NCBI GenBank assembly: GCA_963731045.1
Contig: CAVSVC010000052.1
Span: 102,947-166,946, forward strand
Length of the DNA: 64,000 bases
Reading direction: 5' to 3'
Source of the DNA: an uncultured delta proteobacterium
GTDB lineage: Bacteria > Desulfobacterota > BSN033 > UBA1163
Shown here: positions 40,665-50,931 of the stretch, in pieces
Layout: every line of letters starts with the position of its first letter
Numbering within the stretch: the first letter of the stretch is position 1
Program-made: the position numbers and the translations under genes
Notes under the pieces: model-generated
The model's database searches: none
Seen by the model: the letters and a program-made list of their open reading frames with translations, nothing else
What the model was told of the DNA's origin: nothing

Positions 40665-41828
40665 TTAGAGCGTTGTTTTGCTTCCCATGGCTTCTGCGAG
40701 TAATTCCGTCACATCCATGACCCGAATCCTGTCCTCGTTGCCGGAGGTCTTCACGGCGTCCTCCAGAGTGAGGACACAGAACGGACAGGCCGTGGCCAGA
40801 ATCTCCGCTCCCAACTCAACCGCATCCCTTACCCTGATTTCGGCAAGACGCTGGCCCGTTTCGGAGGAGGACTCGACCCACATCCTTCCGCCTCCACCTT
40901 CGCAGCAGAGGCTTCGTTCCCTGGATCGATCGAGTTCCTTGAACGTGAGCCCGGGGATGGCCTGAAGGAGGAACCGGGGTTCGTCAAACAGGCCGTTCTG
41001 CTTCCCGAGAAAGCAGGGGTCATGGTAGGTAACGACCTTGTTCAATTTCCGATTCGGGGAAATCTTTCCGGATTCGAGAAGTTTTGCGAGGAGTTGTGTG
41101 GTGTGCTGAACCTCGAATTTCCCCTGCGGGTATTCGTTCTTCAGGACATTGAACCCATGGGGACACATCGTGATGATCCGCTCAACCCCGTGGGATTCAA
41201 AACGGCTCACGTTTTCTTCCACCAGCATTTCGAAGAGACCGGATTCCCCCATTCTCCGGACCTCATTGCCGCAACAGTGTTCCTCGTTTCCCATGATCCC
41301 GAAGTCCACCCCTCCCTGACGAAGTGCGAAGACCAATGCCCTGGCCACCTCCTGTATTCTGGGATCGTAGGACGCTGTGCAGCCTGCGAAATAGAGGGTG
41401 TCCGACCGTTCTCCCTTGGAAAGGTCTTTGATTGGGGGACCCTCCGGAAGGTCCTTCGTCCAATCCACCCTCTTGTTCTTCTGCCTTCCCCAGGGGTTTC
41501 CATGCTTGTAGACGTTTTCGAGGGCCTCGATGATGGTCTTGGGAATGTGCCCCTCTTCTACCAGCATGCCTCTCATTCCGATGATCAGATCCATCGGCTT
41601 CAGTCCTCTCGGACAGCGAAGCGTACAGGTCTTACAGGTCGTGCAGTCCCAGAGCTCTGTTTTCTCGTTCATCCGGTCGAGATTCTTTCCGAGGATGCCT
41701 TCCATCATCAGCCTTCGGATATTGAGCTTCGATTTGAGAGAGACAGGGCAGCCCCCTGTGCATTTTCCGCATTGATAGCAGCCGTACAGATCAAACTTCT
41801 GTGCAAGCACTTCCCGGGATGAATCCAT
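40665..41828 (-). CDS. HdrD/GlcF-like (Fe-S) oxidoreductase with two CCG domains (ETF-associated)
   Basis: N-terminal 2x[4Fe-4S] motifs (CYQCGKCTGGCP; CTTCKTCTLRCP) and two Cys-rich CCG regions (..CCGNE.., ..CCEGGGG..). No TM helices are evident. Confidence 0.8.
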   Translation of the reverse strand: MDSSREVLAQKFDLYGCYQCGKCTGGCPVSLKSKLNIRRLMMEGILGKNLDRMNEKTELWDCTTCKTCTLRCPRGLKPMDLIIGMRGMLVEEGHIPKTIIEALENVYKHGNPWGRQKNKRVDWTKDLPEGPPIKDLSKGERSDTLYFAGCTASYDPRIQEVARALVFALRQGGVDFGIMGNEEHCCGNEVRRMGESGLFEMLVEENVSRFESHGVERIITMCPHGFNVLKNEYPQGKFEVQHTTQLLAKLLESGKISPNRKLNKVVTYHDPCFLGKQNGLFDEPRFLLQAIPGLTFKELDRSRERSLCCEGGGGRMWVESSSETGQRLAEIRVRDAVELGAEILATACPFCVLTLEDAVKTSGNEDRIRVMDVTELLAEAMGSKTTL

Positions 41829-41894
41829 TCTTGTCGGTTCTCCTCAACTTTCATCAATCCATGACAGCTATCTTTATTTATAAGATACTCATGC

Positions 41895-42209
41895 CTAACC
41901 CTTCAATATCTCCCTGGAAGTGACGATCCGTTGAACCTCGGCCGTCCCCTCATAGAGGGTTGTTCCAAGACGGAACCCGGGGGTTCCCTTTTCAAGACGA
42001 AGGCGCTGATCCCCTTGCTTTTTTTCGCATTCCGGTCGGCGACCGCCCAGGTGACGGTGACGCGAAGCCTCACCGCTCGTAATCAGGGTTTTGGTGCCGT
42101 TCAGGACATAGGATTCTTTCTGGCGGGTGGCTGTGGTGCGGATATTGGCCGCATCCGAACCGGTAGTATTCCGGATTATTTCCTGTTCGGGGGTCAGACG
42201 GAATTCCAT
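41895..42209 (-). pseudogene. acyl-CoA dehydrogenase remnant (internally deleted)
   Basis: About 105 aa hold only the ACAD N-terminus (MEFRLTPEQE), a mid-block (GSDAANIRTTA..YVLNGTKTLITSG) and C-terminus (YEGTAEVQRIVTSREIL). The roughly 280 residues between them are missing. Confidence 0.6.
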
Positions 42210-42224
42210 GGGCTGGTCAGATTT

Positions 42225-42310
42225 GAGATTTGAGATGTGCGATCTTAGATTGAAGGATCTAAATCTCCAATCTGAAATCACCCATCTGAAATGCTCCAAT
42301 CCATCTGCAA
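42225..42310. repeat. tandem AGATTTG-unit hairpin
   Basis: cagatttgagatttgagat ... atctaaatctccaatctgaaatc ... atctgaaatg. Confidence 0.5.
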
Positions 42311-42320
42311 GCCGGAGGGA

Positions 42321-43172
42321 TCAGTACTGGTAGAATCCTTTTCCCGTTTTCCGGCCGAGGTGGCCTGCATCCACATATTTCTTGAGAAGAGGGCAGGGAC
42401 GGTATTTTGAGTCTCCAAACCCTTTGTGCAGGACGTCCATGATGGAAAGGCAGGTATCCAGACCGATCAGATCCGCCAAGGCCAGGGGGCCCATGGGATG
42501 ATTGGCCCCCAGTTTCATAACGGTATCGATGGCTTCAGGCTTTCCCACGCCTTCAAAGAGAGCATAGATGGCTTCATTGATCATGGGCATGAGGATCCGA
42601 TTGGCAATAAACCCTGGAAAGTCGTTCGCCTCCACAGGGATCTTGCCCATTCTTTCCGAGAGGGCCTTGACCGCATCAAAAGCCTCCTGGGAGGTCTGGA
42701 GGCCCCGGATGATCTCGACCAGCTGCATAACAGGCACGGGGTTCATGAAGTGCATGCCGATGACCTGCGGGGGCCTCTTGGTTGCGGAGGCGATCTTGGT
42801 GATGGAAATGGATGACGTATTACTTGCGAGGAGCGTCTCTTTCTTGCAGATCTGATCGAGCTCCTTGAAGATATTCAGTTTAAGAACTTCATTCTCCGTG
42901 GCCGCCTCTACGACAAAATCGGCTTCCGCCATTCCTTTGATTTCAACGGTCCCGCGAATTCTTCCGAGGATTTCGTCTTTCTTTTGAGAGGAGAGTTTTC
43001 CTTTCTCGACCATCCGGTCCAGGTTCTTGGAGATAGAGGACAGTCCCTTCTGGACGAACGATTCCGCAATATCGCTCATGATGACCGACAAGCCCGAGGC
43101 TGCCGCGACCTGAGCGATTCCGTTGCCCATCTGTCCCGCTCCAACCACTCCGATTGTTTTGATGTCCATCAT
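42321..43172 (-). CDS. hbd: 3-hydroxybutyryl-CoA dehydrogenase / 3-hydroxyacyl-CoA dehydrogenase
   Basis: [19 protein letters not shown]-binding motif; 283-aa product typical of Hbd. Confidence 0.9.
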   Translation of the reverse strand: MMDIKTIGVVGAGQMGNGIAQVAAASGLSVIMSDIAESFVQKGLSSISKNLDRMVEKGKLSSQKKDEILGRIRGTVEIKGMAEADFVVEAATENEVLKLNIFKELDQICKKETLLASNTSSISITKIASATKRPPQVIGMHFMNPVPVMQLVEIIRGLQTSQEAFDAVKALSERMGKIPVEANDFPGFIANRILMPMINEAIYALFEGVGKPEAIDTVMKLGANHPMGPLALADLIGLDTCLSIMDVLHKGFGDSKYRPCPLLKKYVDAGHLGRKTGKGFYQY

Positions 43173-43273
43173 AACCTCCTCTGGAAAGCCGTAAAGCGTG
43201 AAGCTGCAATGGGATTGGAAGGGGTTCCCCTCTTCGCCTTGCCCTGCTTACGACTTCACGACTCATTTTGTTT

Positions 43274-44461
43274 TCAGATTCTTTCAACAATGAGACTGAT
43301 CCCCTCGGCCCCTCCCAGGCAGAGGGAAGCCATCCCCCTCTTCACTCCGCGGTCTTCCATGGCATAGAGCAGGGTTGTGAGGATCCTGGCGCCGCTGGCT
43401 CCAATCGGATGACCCAGCGCCACGGCCCCTCCGTGAATATTGACTTTCTCGTGGCTGATCCCGAGGGTTTTAAAGATGGCGATCGTCGTTGCCGCGAAAG
43501 CCTCGTTGATTTCAAAGAGGTCGATGTCCGACAGAGAAAGCCCCGCTTTCTTGAGAGCCTTCGGAATCGACTGGAGGGGAGCCACCAGAACATCTTCCAG
43601 CTCCACGCCCGCAGCAGCCTGGGCTCCCACCTTTGCCCACGGTTTTACTCCCAGCGCCTCGGCTCTGTCTCGGCTCATGAGCACCAGCGCGCTTGCTCCA
43701 TCGCTGATCTTGGAGGCGTTGGCTGCCGTGACCACCCCACCTTCTTTGAAGGCCGATTTCAATCTTGCCATGTTTTGAAGGTCGGGATCCCGGGGGCCCT
43801 CATCGACTTCAACGACGGCAGGGGGGCCTTTCTTGGAAGGAACGGAGACCGGGACAATCTCCTGCTTGAACTTTCCTGAACGCATGGTCTGCAATGCCCG
43901 TACGTTCGAGGTATAGCCGAACCGGTCCTGCTCTTCGCGGCTGATCCCGAACTTCACGGATTGAATTTCTGCGGTATATCCCATATGGTAATCGTTCACG
44001 ACATCCCAGAGCCCATCGCGGACCATTCCGTCGATGAGTTTCCCATCCCAGAGGCGATATCCCGAGCGCGCATTCTCCAGGTAGTAGGGGGCGCGGCTCA
44101 TATTCTCCATTCCCCCTGCAACGATGACATCGGCATCTCCTGACTGGATGACCTGGGCTGCCAGCATAACGGCCTTCAGTCCGGAACCGCAGACCTTATT
44201 CATGGTGAGCGCTCCCACCGACATGGGAAGCCCGGCTTTGATCATGGCCTGACGGGCAGGGTTCTGTCCCAGCCCACAGGGGAGAACATTCCCCATGATC
44301 ACTTCGTCCACAGCCTCTTTCCCGATGCGGGATCTCTTGACGGCCTCATCGATGACGACGGCCCCGAGTTCCGTGGCAGTGAGAGAACTCAAGGCGCCGA
44401 AAAAATTCCCGATGGGAGTCCGAACAGCGCTGGTGATGACAACTTCTCTCATCCGTTTCAT
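43274..44461 (-). CDS. acetyl-CoA C-acetyltransferase (thiolase II)
   Basis: ..NKVCGSGLKAV.. (active Cys), ..GHPIGASGARIL.., ..CLGGAEG.. motifs. The ATG at 44461 (MKRMREVVITSAVRTPIG) is preceded by AAAGGAG. Confidence 0.9.
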   Translation of the reverse strand: MKRMREVVITSAVRTPIGNFFGALSSLTATELGAVVIDEAVKRSRIGKEAVDEVIMGNVLPCGLGQNPARQAMIKAGLPMSVGALTMNKVCGSGLKAVMLAAQVIQSGDADVIVAGGMENMSRAPYYLENARSGYRLWDGKLIDGMVRDGLWDVVNDYHMGYTAEIQSVKFGISREEQDRFGYTSNVRALQTMRSGKFKQEIVPVSVPSKKGPPAVVEVDEGPRDPDLQNMARLKSAFKEGGVVTAANASKISDGASALVLMSRDRAEALGVKPWAKVGAQAAAGVELEDVLVAPLQSIPKALKKAGLSLSDIDLFEINEAFAATTIAIFKTLGISHEKVNIHGGAVALGHPIGASGARILTTLLYAMEDRGVKRGMASLCLGGAEGISLIVERI

Positions 44462-44568
44462 CTCCTTTTTAGAAGGGGTTGATGCATTGGATCTATGACC
44501 GCCGGCAGGGCAGTCACATCGCATGCATTTAAACCGTTCAAGACGGGTACTTGCCGATCATGAACGCC

Positions 44569-45249
44569 TCAGGTCTTGGAAGGCCATGCGTTGATCGACA
44601 GAACTTCGTATCCCTTCTTTTCCAATTCTTTCACCACATCCTCAGGGGTATGCGTATCGATTCGAATGGCTGCGATCCTCTTTCCGTCCACCTTGAAAGA
44701 CGGCGAGACAACGCTGATGACATTCATATTTCGATCTTTTATGACTCCCAGAGCCCCGTAGAGCTGACCGGGTTTGTCTTCAAGGGCGATGGTCAGACGG
44801 GTTCCCTCTTCCTTGAGGCCGAAGAGGTCCACGAAGAATTCGAGAACGTCGGTCTCGGTAATGATGCCGACCAGCTTGTTCGCTTCCACAATGGGCAGGC
44901 ACCCGATTTTATGGTCGTGCATCAGTTGAACCGCCTTCTCGATGATCGTCTCGGGGGTGATCGTGATCAATTTCTCTTTCGGCGTCATGAAGGCCGACAC
45001 CTTCAATTTCCCCAGGAGGTAATTGAGCTCATGGACACTGAGCGTTGTCGCATCGGATGGAGCGGCTTCCCGGATATCCCGGTCCGTGATGATTCCCACA
45101 AGCTCATTATTCTTGTCCACAACCGGCAGATGACGGATTCCCTTGTCGCGAATGATCGCCCGAGCCTCGTAGAAAGAGGAATCGGGGCTGAGGGTCACGG
45201 GTGTTCCGAGCATCTTCTCCCTGAGATAACCTTCATAGTAAACCGACAT
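44569..45249 (-). CDS. CBS-pair + ACT domain protein (AcuB-like)
   Basis: Two CBS motifs (..HLPVVDKNNELVGIITDRD.., ..CLPIVEANKLVGIITETD..) followed by a C-terminal ACT-like domain. Confidence 0.75.
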   Translation of the reverse strand: MSVYYEGYLREKMLGTPVTLSPDSSFYEARAIIRDKGIRHLPVVDKNNELVGIITDRDIREAAPSDATTLSVHELNYLLGKLKVSAFMTPKEKLITITPETIIEKAVQLMHDHKIGCLPIVEANKLVGIITETDVLEFFVDLFGLKEEGTRLTIALEDKPGQLYGALGVIKDRNMNVISVVSPSFKVDGKRIAAIRIDTHTPEDVVKELEKKGYEVLSINAWPSKT

Positions 45250-45373
45250 GGTGGATTCCTCCTTTGTTCAGATTCCTTAGGGGAATTCCCTCCGGAACAG
45301 CCAAAACATTTCCTGAAATTTAACTATATCGGGAGGGGTTTTGTTTGTCAAATCTAATCCCATGTGTAATCAT

Positions 45374-46669
45374 CTATTCCCACGTTCGCTGATCGTCAAT
45401 CTTCTTCGACCCTTCCAGAATGGTTCCAGGTGGAACAAATTGGACTTCCCCTCTCAGTTTCATCACGTCTCGAATGGACTTTTCAATCTCCTCTTTCAGT
45501 TCCCCGGATCCGCGCATCTCCTCCTTTAACTGAATTTGAAAGGTCATTTCATCCTTGTGCTCTTTTCTCGTGACGAGGACCCGGCACTTTGCAACCTGAG
45601 AATGCCTTGAAATGACTTCGTCCACCTGACCGGGATGAATGAAGAGACCCCTTACCTTCGTCATCTGATCGATCCTTCCAAGGATCTTCACCAATCTCGG
45701 GGACGTTCTGCCGCAGGGGCAAGGAGCTTCCGTCAGGACAGAGAGGTCCCCTGTCCCAAACCGGATCAAGGGGTAGACCCTGTTGAAGGTCGTGGCGACG
45801 ATTTCTCCGGGTTTCCCGGGAGGGACTTGTTTGCCGGTTTCAGGGTCCACGATTTCCACAATCTTGTCGTCGGGGACGTGCATTCCATTCTTTCGCATAC
45901 ACTCATAGCCCAGGCAGCCGATATCCGCGGTGCCGTAGCTCTGGCGGATGATCATGCCGAATTTTTCCTCCAAAGAGGCGCGCAGAGATTCGGGCAGCAT
46001 CTCCGCAGCTACAAAACCGACCCGCAGGTGGAGATCCCTCTTTGGATCCACACCCATTTCTGTCGCTTTCTCCCCGAGAGTGAGGAGAAAACTCGGTGTC
46101 CCGAGGTAGGCGTTGGCCTTTAGGCTCCTCAAGATATTCACCTGCTGCTCCGTGTTGCCGACGCCGGTCGGAATGGTGATACATCCAAGCCCGACGAGCG
46201 AATTATCCAGCATCTGCATGCCAAAGGGAACCATGTGGTAACTGAAGGTATTGATCGCCAGATCGCCGGGTCGGAATCCTGCTGCAAACATGGCCTGCAT
46301 CCAGCCTATCTCGTCATATTCCATTTCACCCGGCTCATGGATCGGCCCCGGAGAGACATAAATCCTTCTCAGGGTATGAATCGGCACTCCTTCGAAACCA
46401 CCAAAGGGAGGGTTCTTTTTTTGAAGTTCCACCAGATCGGCCTTCTTGGTGATGGGGAGTTTCTCCAGGTCTTTGAGGGTCCGAATGTTCGCGGGCTTCA
46501 ACCCAGCGGCGTCGAACTTATTTCTGACTGCCGGAGATTTCTTGTAGGCGTATTGAAGGATCCCCTTGAGTTTTCGATTCAGGTATTCAATTCGCTTCTG
46601 TCGGGGGAGGGTCTCAAGAGATTTCTTGAAATAGCCCTTTGCTTGACCCGGTGGGGTGTGTTTAGGCAT
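45374..46669 (-). CDS. phenylacetate-CoA ligase family (PaaK-like adenylate-forming) protein
   Basis: 431-aa product with ..SYGTADIG.. and ..TGDL.. motifs of PaaK/F390-synthetase-type ligases. Confidence 0.8.
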   Translation of the reverse strand: MPKHTPPGQAKGYFKKSLETLPRQKRIEYLNRKLKGILQYAYKKSPAVRNKFDAAGLKPANIRTLKDLEKLPITKKADLVELQKKNPPFGGFEGVPIHTLRRIYVSPGPIHEPGEMEYDEIGWMQAMFAAGFRPGDLAINTFSYHMVPFGMQMLDNSLVGLGCITIPTGVGNTEQQVNILRSLKANAYLGTPSFLLTLGEKATEMGVDPKRDLHLRVGFVAAEMLPESLRASLEEKFGMIIRQSYGTADIGCLGYECMRKNGMHVPDDKIVEIVDPETGKQVPPGKPGEIVATTFNRVYPLIRFGTGDLSVLTEAPCPCGRTSPRLVKILGRIDQMTKVRGLFIHPGQVDEVISRHSQVAKCRVLVTRKEHKDEMTFQIQLKEEMRGSGELKEEIEKSIRDVMKLRGEVQFVPPGTILEGSKKIDDQRTWE

Positions 46670-46741
46670 GGAGCTTCTCCTCGGGAATGGCCAGCCTCCT
46701 TGGGGCCTTCTGCAAATCGCCCCAAGGGGCTGTGGGTGCCG

Positions 46742-47311
46742 CTACTTCTTGGGAAATACCCCTTCGAAGGGGACAAAAACGTCGCCTTTGTCGGTAAGGA
46801 AGACGGCCATCCCCTCGGTGACCTTGATTCCGAAGGAAAAGTCACCGATCTTCTCATACCAGTTTTTGAGGACGCCCGCAGGTGTGAGATTCAGTGCTTG
46901 AAGTTTTGAGCCCTGGGTCACCGCCAGTTTCCCCAAAACGACCGCTGAATCAAGGATGCTCACGATTCGATACTGGCTTGTCGTATCCGGTGGAAAGTAG
47001 ATCCTGTCATAAGAAACAGGCACATTCAGTTCCACGTAGGAACCTGGAGTCACTTCGAAAGAAAATGCGAACTTCATGTTGTCCAACAAAACATTGTATC
47101 CACTGGGATTGTTGATATGGAATACAAAGGCCAAGGCCAACGGGATACGGGCCGGCGGATCGGCCCAGGGAAATGACCCGGCCACTTCAACCCTTTCGAG
47201 CATGATCTTGGGTTTTCCGGCCACATCGGTCGGCAGCAGCCCTGGCTTGCAGGCCACAAGAGCCGAGATCGCAAAGGACAGCACGAACATCATCAGGAAT
47301 AATCTTCGCAT
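46742..47311 (-). CDS. lipoprotein, function unknown
   Basis: Signal peptide with lipobox (MRRLFLMMFVLSFAISALVAC) at the internal ATG. No recognisable domain. Confidence 0.55.
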   Translation of the reverse strand: MRRLFLMMFVLSFAISALVACKPGLLPTDVAGKPKIMLERVEVAGSFPWADPPARIPLALAFVFHINNPSGYNVLLDNMKFAFSFEVTPGSYVELNVPVSYDRIYFPPDTTSQYRIVSILDSAVVLGKLAVTQGSKLQALNLTPAGVLKNWYEKIGDFSFGIKVTEGMAVFLTDKGDVFVPFEGVFPKK

Positions 47312-47405
47312 AAAAACCTCCTTGCCTGTCTTTCGTGGTAAGGCACAAGTCGTTAGGCGACATTCTTGAAAACCACTTATGAGTTGCGGCTGACGATTCA
47401 CGGGA

Positions 47406-48243
47406 TTAAGTGAGCCATCTCTTCCTTCGTTTGTAGTGCTTCACCTGCCGGAAGCTCTTTCGTTCTCCGATATCCGAGAGACCTAAGTAGAAATCCCGGA
47501 TATCCGGGTTCTCTTTCAACTTCTCGGCGGTATCATGCATCACCAGCCTGCCGTTCTCCAGAACGTAAGCATACGCGGCCACGGTCAGGGCCAATTTCAC
47601 ATTCTGTTCAACCAAGAGCAAGGGGATTCCCTCCTCCCTGTTCAAGCGGGTGATGATTTCGAAGATCTCCTTGATCAGGAGGGGAGCCAGGCCCATGGAG
47701 GGTTCATCGAGAAGCATCAGTTTGGGTTGGGCCATGAGGGCTCGGCCAATGACGGTCATCTGCTGTTCGCCGCCGCTGATATAACCTGCCATGGACATGG
47801 CGACGCTCCACCAGTCTTGGGAAGTAACGATAGACCATCTCGAGCCTTTCTTTCTTGGCGGAACCGGTTCCCCTCAGGTGGGCTCCCACCCGAAGGTTCT
47901 CTTCCACCGTGAGATGTTCAAAGACTCTTCTTCCCTCAATGATCTGGAAGATGCCGCGTCCGGCGATTTCTTCTGCATAGAGGTGATGGATCTTTTCTCC
48001 CATGAACTCAATGCTTCCGTCGGTGACTTCGCCGTCTTCGTGCCTCAGCAGGCCTGAGATCGATTTGAGCGTGGTGGACTTGCCCGCCCCGTTGGCGCCG
48101 AGAAGGGCAACAATCCTTCCCTTCGGCACTTCGATGGAAACCCCTTTGAGCACCAGAATCACTTCGTGATACATGACCTCAACATTGTTGAGTCTCAGAA
48201 TACTCTCCGGAGCATTTGAAACATCAGACCTCTTTTGTTCCAA
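47406..48243 (-). CDS. livF: branched-chain amino acid-type ABC transporter ATP-binding protein (LivF-like), frameshifted (~47800)
   Basis: N-part (..LLGANGAGKST..FPRL) in ORF 47704..48294 and C-part (MAGYISGGEQQM..LLLDEPSMGLAP) in ORF 47406..47798. They join as ..RRHVMAGYISGGEQQM if one C of gtCC is removed. A TTG start at 48243 is preceded by GGAGGAGG. Confidence 0.75.
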
Positions 48244-48269
48244 GGATCTTCCTCCTCCTTCTGATGTTA

Positions 48270-49526
48270 TCACCAGCCCAGCCAGGAAGCCCACTTATCC
48301 GGGAATTTCGCCTTCATATCGATTTCGGCCACGGTTTGGGGTTTCCCTTTGATGACCCGTCCGATTCTGACGACAGAGCTATAACGGTGGTCCGTTGGGG
48401 TAATGGTTACCAGCTGGCCGCCAAATTCTTTCAACCCTTGCCACTCCCGCATGGACTCGAAGGCGTCTTTAATTCCAGGACCGTCCAATTTGCCGGCCTT
48501 ATCCGCCCTTTTCATGGCTTCAACGGCCAAGGTTACCTTTACCCAGCCCTGGACCGCCCGTACCGTGCGGTTTTCCAAGGGAACGCCAGGGTTAAGCTTC
48601 TTGGCGTAGTCCACGACTTTCTTCTTCGCTGGATAGTCATCATTGAAGAGTGCACAGGCGATCAGCCCAATGGTTCCCTCAGCTGCAGGTCCAGCCAACT
48701 TAGGAAGGTTCTCGTCGAAGGCCCAGTGATTCATGATATGGTCCGCTCCGAGACCCAGGGCGTAGGCGTCTTTCAGTGTGGCAGAGGTGGACATGGTGGT
48801 ATTCCCATGCCAGCCCAGGTTGACACCGAAACTCTTTGCAGCCAGGATCTGGCTCTTGGTATCCAGGGCAGTTAAAGGAATATCATAATCCGGCCCGACC
48901 TCGAAGCCAAGCATTGCAGCCTGCTCTTTAATGGCCTTGATCGGAGCGGTTGCAAAGGGGGAGGCTGTGGCGATGAAGCAGGCGAACTTGGGTTTAACCC
49001 CTTTTCCCCTCAGGCCCTGCCATTTCGGATCTTTCTTCCAAACCTCCTCGAACCAGTAGGTGATCGCGCCGCGGGCATTGGTCGAATAATCGACTCCGTA
49101 GACAAAGTTATACGGGGTCTTCTTGGGATCGCAGAGATTGCCTGAGAAAGAACTCGACAGGTAAGGCATCTTGTCTGCGTTGATCGTAGGAGAGAGAGAC
49201 TCGGTATCTCCCGTCCCCCAGCCGAGAACCATGACCACCTTATCATGGTCCCGAAAGCGTTTATACGTCGTGACTGCTTCCGGGACGCGATATCCATAGT
49301 CGTATTGAAAGAGTCGAATTCTCTTTCCGTTGATTCCTCCAGCATCATTGTAGTACTGGACTGCTTCCCGGACTCCGAGGGCTTCGTCCTTGCCTACATC
49401 CGAAGTCGCGCCGGTTGTATCCTGGAGGGCGCCGAGTTTAACCTCCTGCGCTACCGCCCACGAAAATGAAAGCCCGATCATGAGACATGTCAAAATGACT
49501 GAGGTGGTTCTGACGGTCCTTGCCAT
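48270..49526 (-). CDS. ABC transporter substrate-binding protein (LivK-like, Peripla_BP_6)
   Basis: Signal peptide (MARTVRTTSVILTCLMIGLSFSWAVA) plus the periplasmic binding fold. The ATG at 49526 is preceded by AGGAGG. Confidence 0.85.
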   Translation of the reverse strand: MARTVRTTSVILTCLMIGLSFSWAVAQEVKLGALQDTTGATSDVGKDEALGVREAVQYYNDAGGINGKRIRLFQYDYGYRVPEAVTTYKRFRDHDKVVMVLGWGTGDTESLSPTINADKMPYLSSSFSGNLCDPKKTPYNFVYGVDYSTNARGAITYWFEEVWKKDPKWQGLRGKGVKPKFACFIATASPFATAPIKAIKEQAAMLGFEVGPDYDIPLTALDTKSQILAAKSFGVNLGWHGNTTMSTSATLKDAYALGLGADHIMNHWAFDENLPKLAGPAAEGTIGLIACALFNDDYPAKKKVVDYAKKLNPGVPLENRTVRAVQGWVKVTLAVEAMKRADKAGKLDGPGIKDAFESMREWQGLKEFGGQLVTITPTDHRYSSVVRIGRVIKGKPQTVAEIDMKAKFPDKWASWLGW

Positions 49527-49716
49527 GATTAACCTCCTGTTAGGTCTTTCTGCCCAAAGGCTTGACGTGATTCCCCCACCCTGCAAACTCCCACCATCCA
49601 GTGACGTCACACCACCTCCTTTTCTGAGTGTTCAGTGCTTGGTGTTCGTGATAGGTGGATCCAAGGTTCAGGTTCACCTGCACCATCACCAGCCACGATC
49701 ACCGTCCACATTTCTT

Positions 49717-50811
49717 CTAATACGAAAAGGGCCACAAGTTGAAGTAATTCTTTATCTGCCACCAGCGGTAAGAAAGCCCGTTGGGCTCGAAGATCAGGAA
49801 TAGGGAGATGGCCAGCCCGAAGGCGGCCTCCTTGACGAAAAGGAATTTTTCAAGGAGATGCGGCAAAAAAGGCATCAAACCGACAAAGAAGGGGTCCTGG
49901 GTCAAAATGAAAATCAGGGCTTTCAGGCCTTCCGGAATCAGAGTCATGAACAGGGCGCCAAAGATGGTTCCATGGAGGCTTCCGACCCCACCAATCAGAA
50001 CCACCCCCACGAGCCAGAGAGACCAGCCAAATTGGAAGTGTTCCGGACTGACTGCAGCCAGAGAGGTGACCCAGAAGGCTCCCGCAATGCCTCCGATAAA
50101 GCCCGCAACAAAGAAAGCGAGCAGTTTGTAATAAACGATATTGACTCCCATGGTTTCGGCAGCAATATCGTTGTCGCGAATCGCAATCCAGGCCCGGCCG
50201 ATCTTGGACCTCATGAGATTGGCCAAGGCCAGGGTACACAATAAAACGAGCACCACCATCAGGTAATAGACATCCATGTCTGACTTGATGACCCATGGAC
50301 CGATCGTCACCACCCCGGGAGGAATGGAAAAAGCGACTCCTCTTCCTCCGATTTTGCTGACGTATTGCGTAATGAAAAACTCCACGGTGATGAATTGGGC
50401 CGCCATGGTGGTCATGATGAGATAAAATCCCTTGACCCGCGCCGAGGGAAGTCCGAACAGAACAGACCACAAACCTCCCACGATCCCCCCCAGGACCAGC
50501 GTGATCGGGTAGGGGAGATGGAGTTGAAGCAAAGAAAGGGTACAGGTGTAAGCCCCGACTGCGAGAAAGGCCGCATGGCCCAGGGTGACCTGACCGCAGT
50601 ATCCGATAAGCAACTGGACCCCGATCGCGGAAAGGATGGTGTAGCCGACCACGTTTGCCACTCCGACCAGATAATAGCCTGCGAACGTGGGGATCAGGTA
50701 GAACAGAGTGAAGAAGAGGAGGATCATCTTTCCCCAGACGAATTTCGTCTGCCACCAGGCATGATCCTGGCGGTAATACTGGTGATAAACGCCACACGGC
50801 CGGTAACCCAT
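49717..50811 (-). CDS. livM: branched-chain amino acid-type ABC transporter permease (LivM-like)
   Basis: 364-aa polytopic membrane protein of the LivM family. Confidence 0.85.
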   Translation of the reverse strand: MGYRPCGVYHQYYRQDHAWWQTKFVWGKMILLFFTLFYLIPTFAGYYLVGVANVVGYTILSAIGVQLLIGYCGQVTLGHAAFLAVGAYTCTLSLLQLHLPYPITLVLGGIVGGLWSVLFGLPSARVKGFYLIMTTMAAQFITVEFFITQYVSKIGGRGVAFSIPPGVVTIGPWVIKSDMDVYYLMVVLVLLCTLALANLMRSKIGRAWIAIRDNDIAAETMGVNIVYYKLLAFFVAGFIGGIAGAFWVTSLAAVSPEHFQFGWSLWLVGVVLIGGVGSLHGTIFGALFMTLIPEGLKALIFILTQDPFFVGLMPFLPHLLEKFLFVKEAAFGLAISLFLIFEPNGLSYRWWQIKNYFNLWPFSY

Positions 50812-50931
50812 TTCAACCCTCCCAATCCACGCCGTAAGGCGTCAGGGGGAAAAAGACAGGATGAGGATCCCTCATCCGTTACTCTGGTAGCACCCCTTGC
50901 GCCTCACGCCCCACCCCTCACGGTATTTTGA

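Noticed and set aside
39571-40668. 365-aa plus-strand ORF
   Set aside because: Antisense to etfB/etfA. No conserved motifs.
44551-45357. 268-aa plus-strand ORF
   Set aside because: Antisense to the CBS/ACT gene. The minus-strand protein has clear CBS motifs and an SD-supported start.
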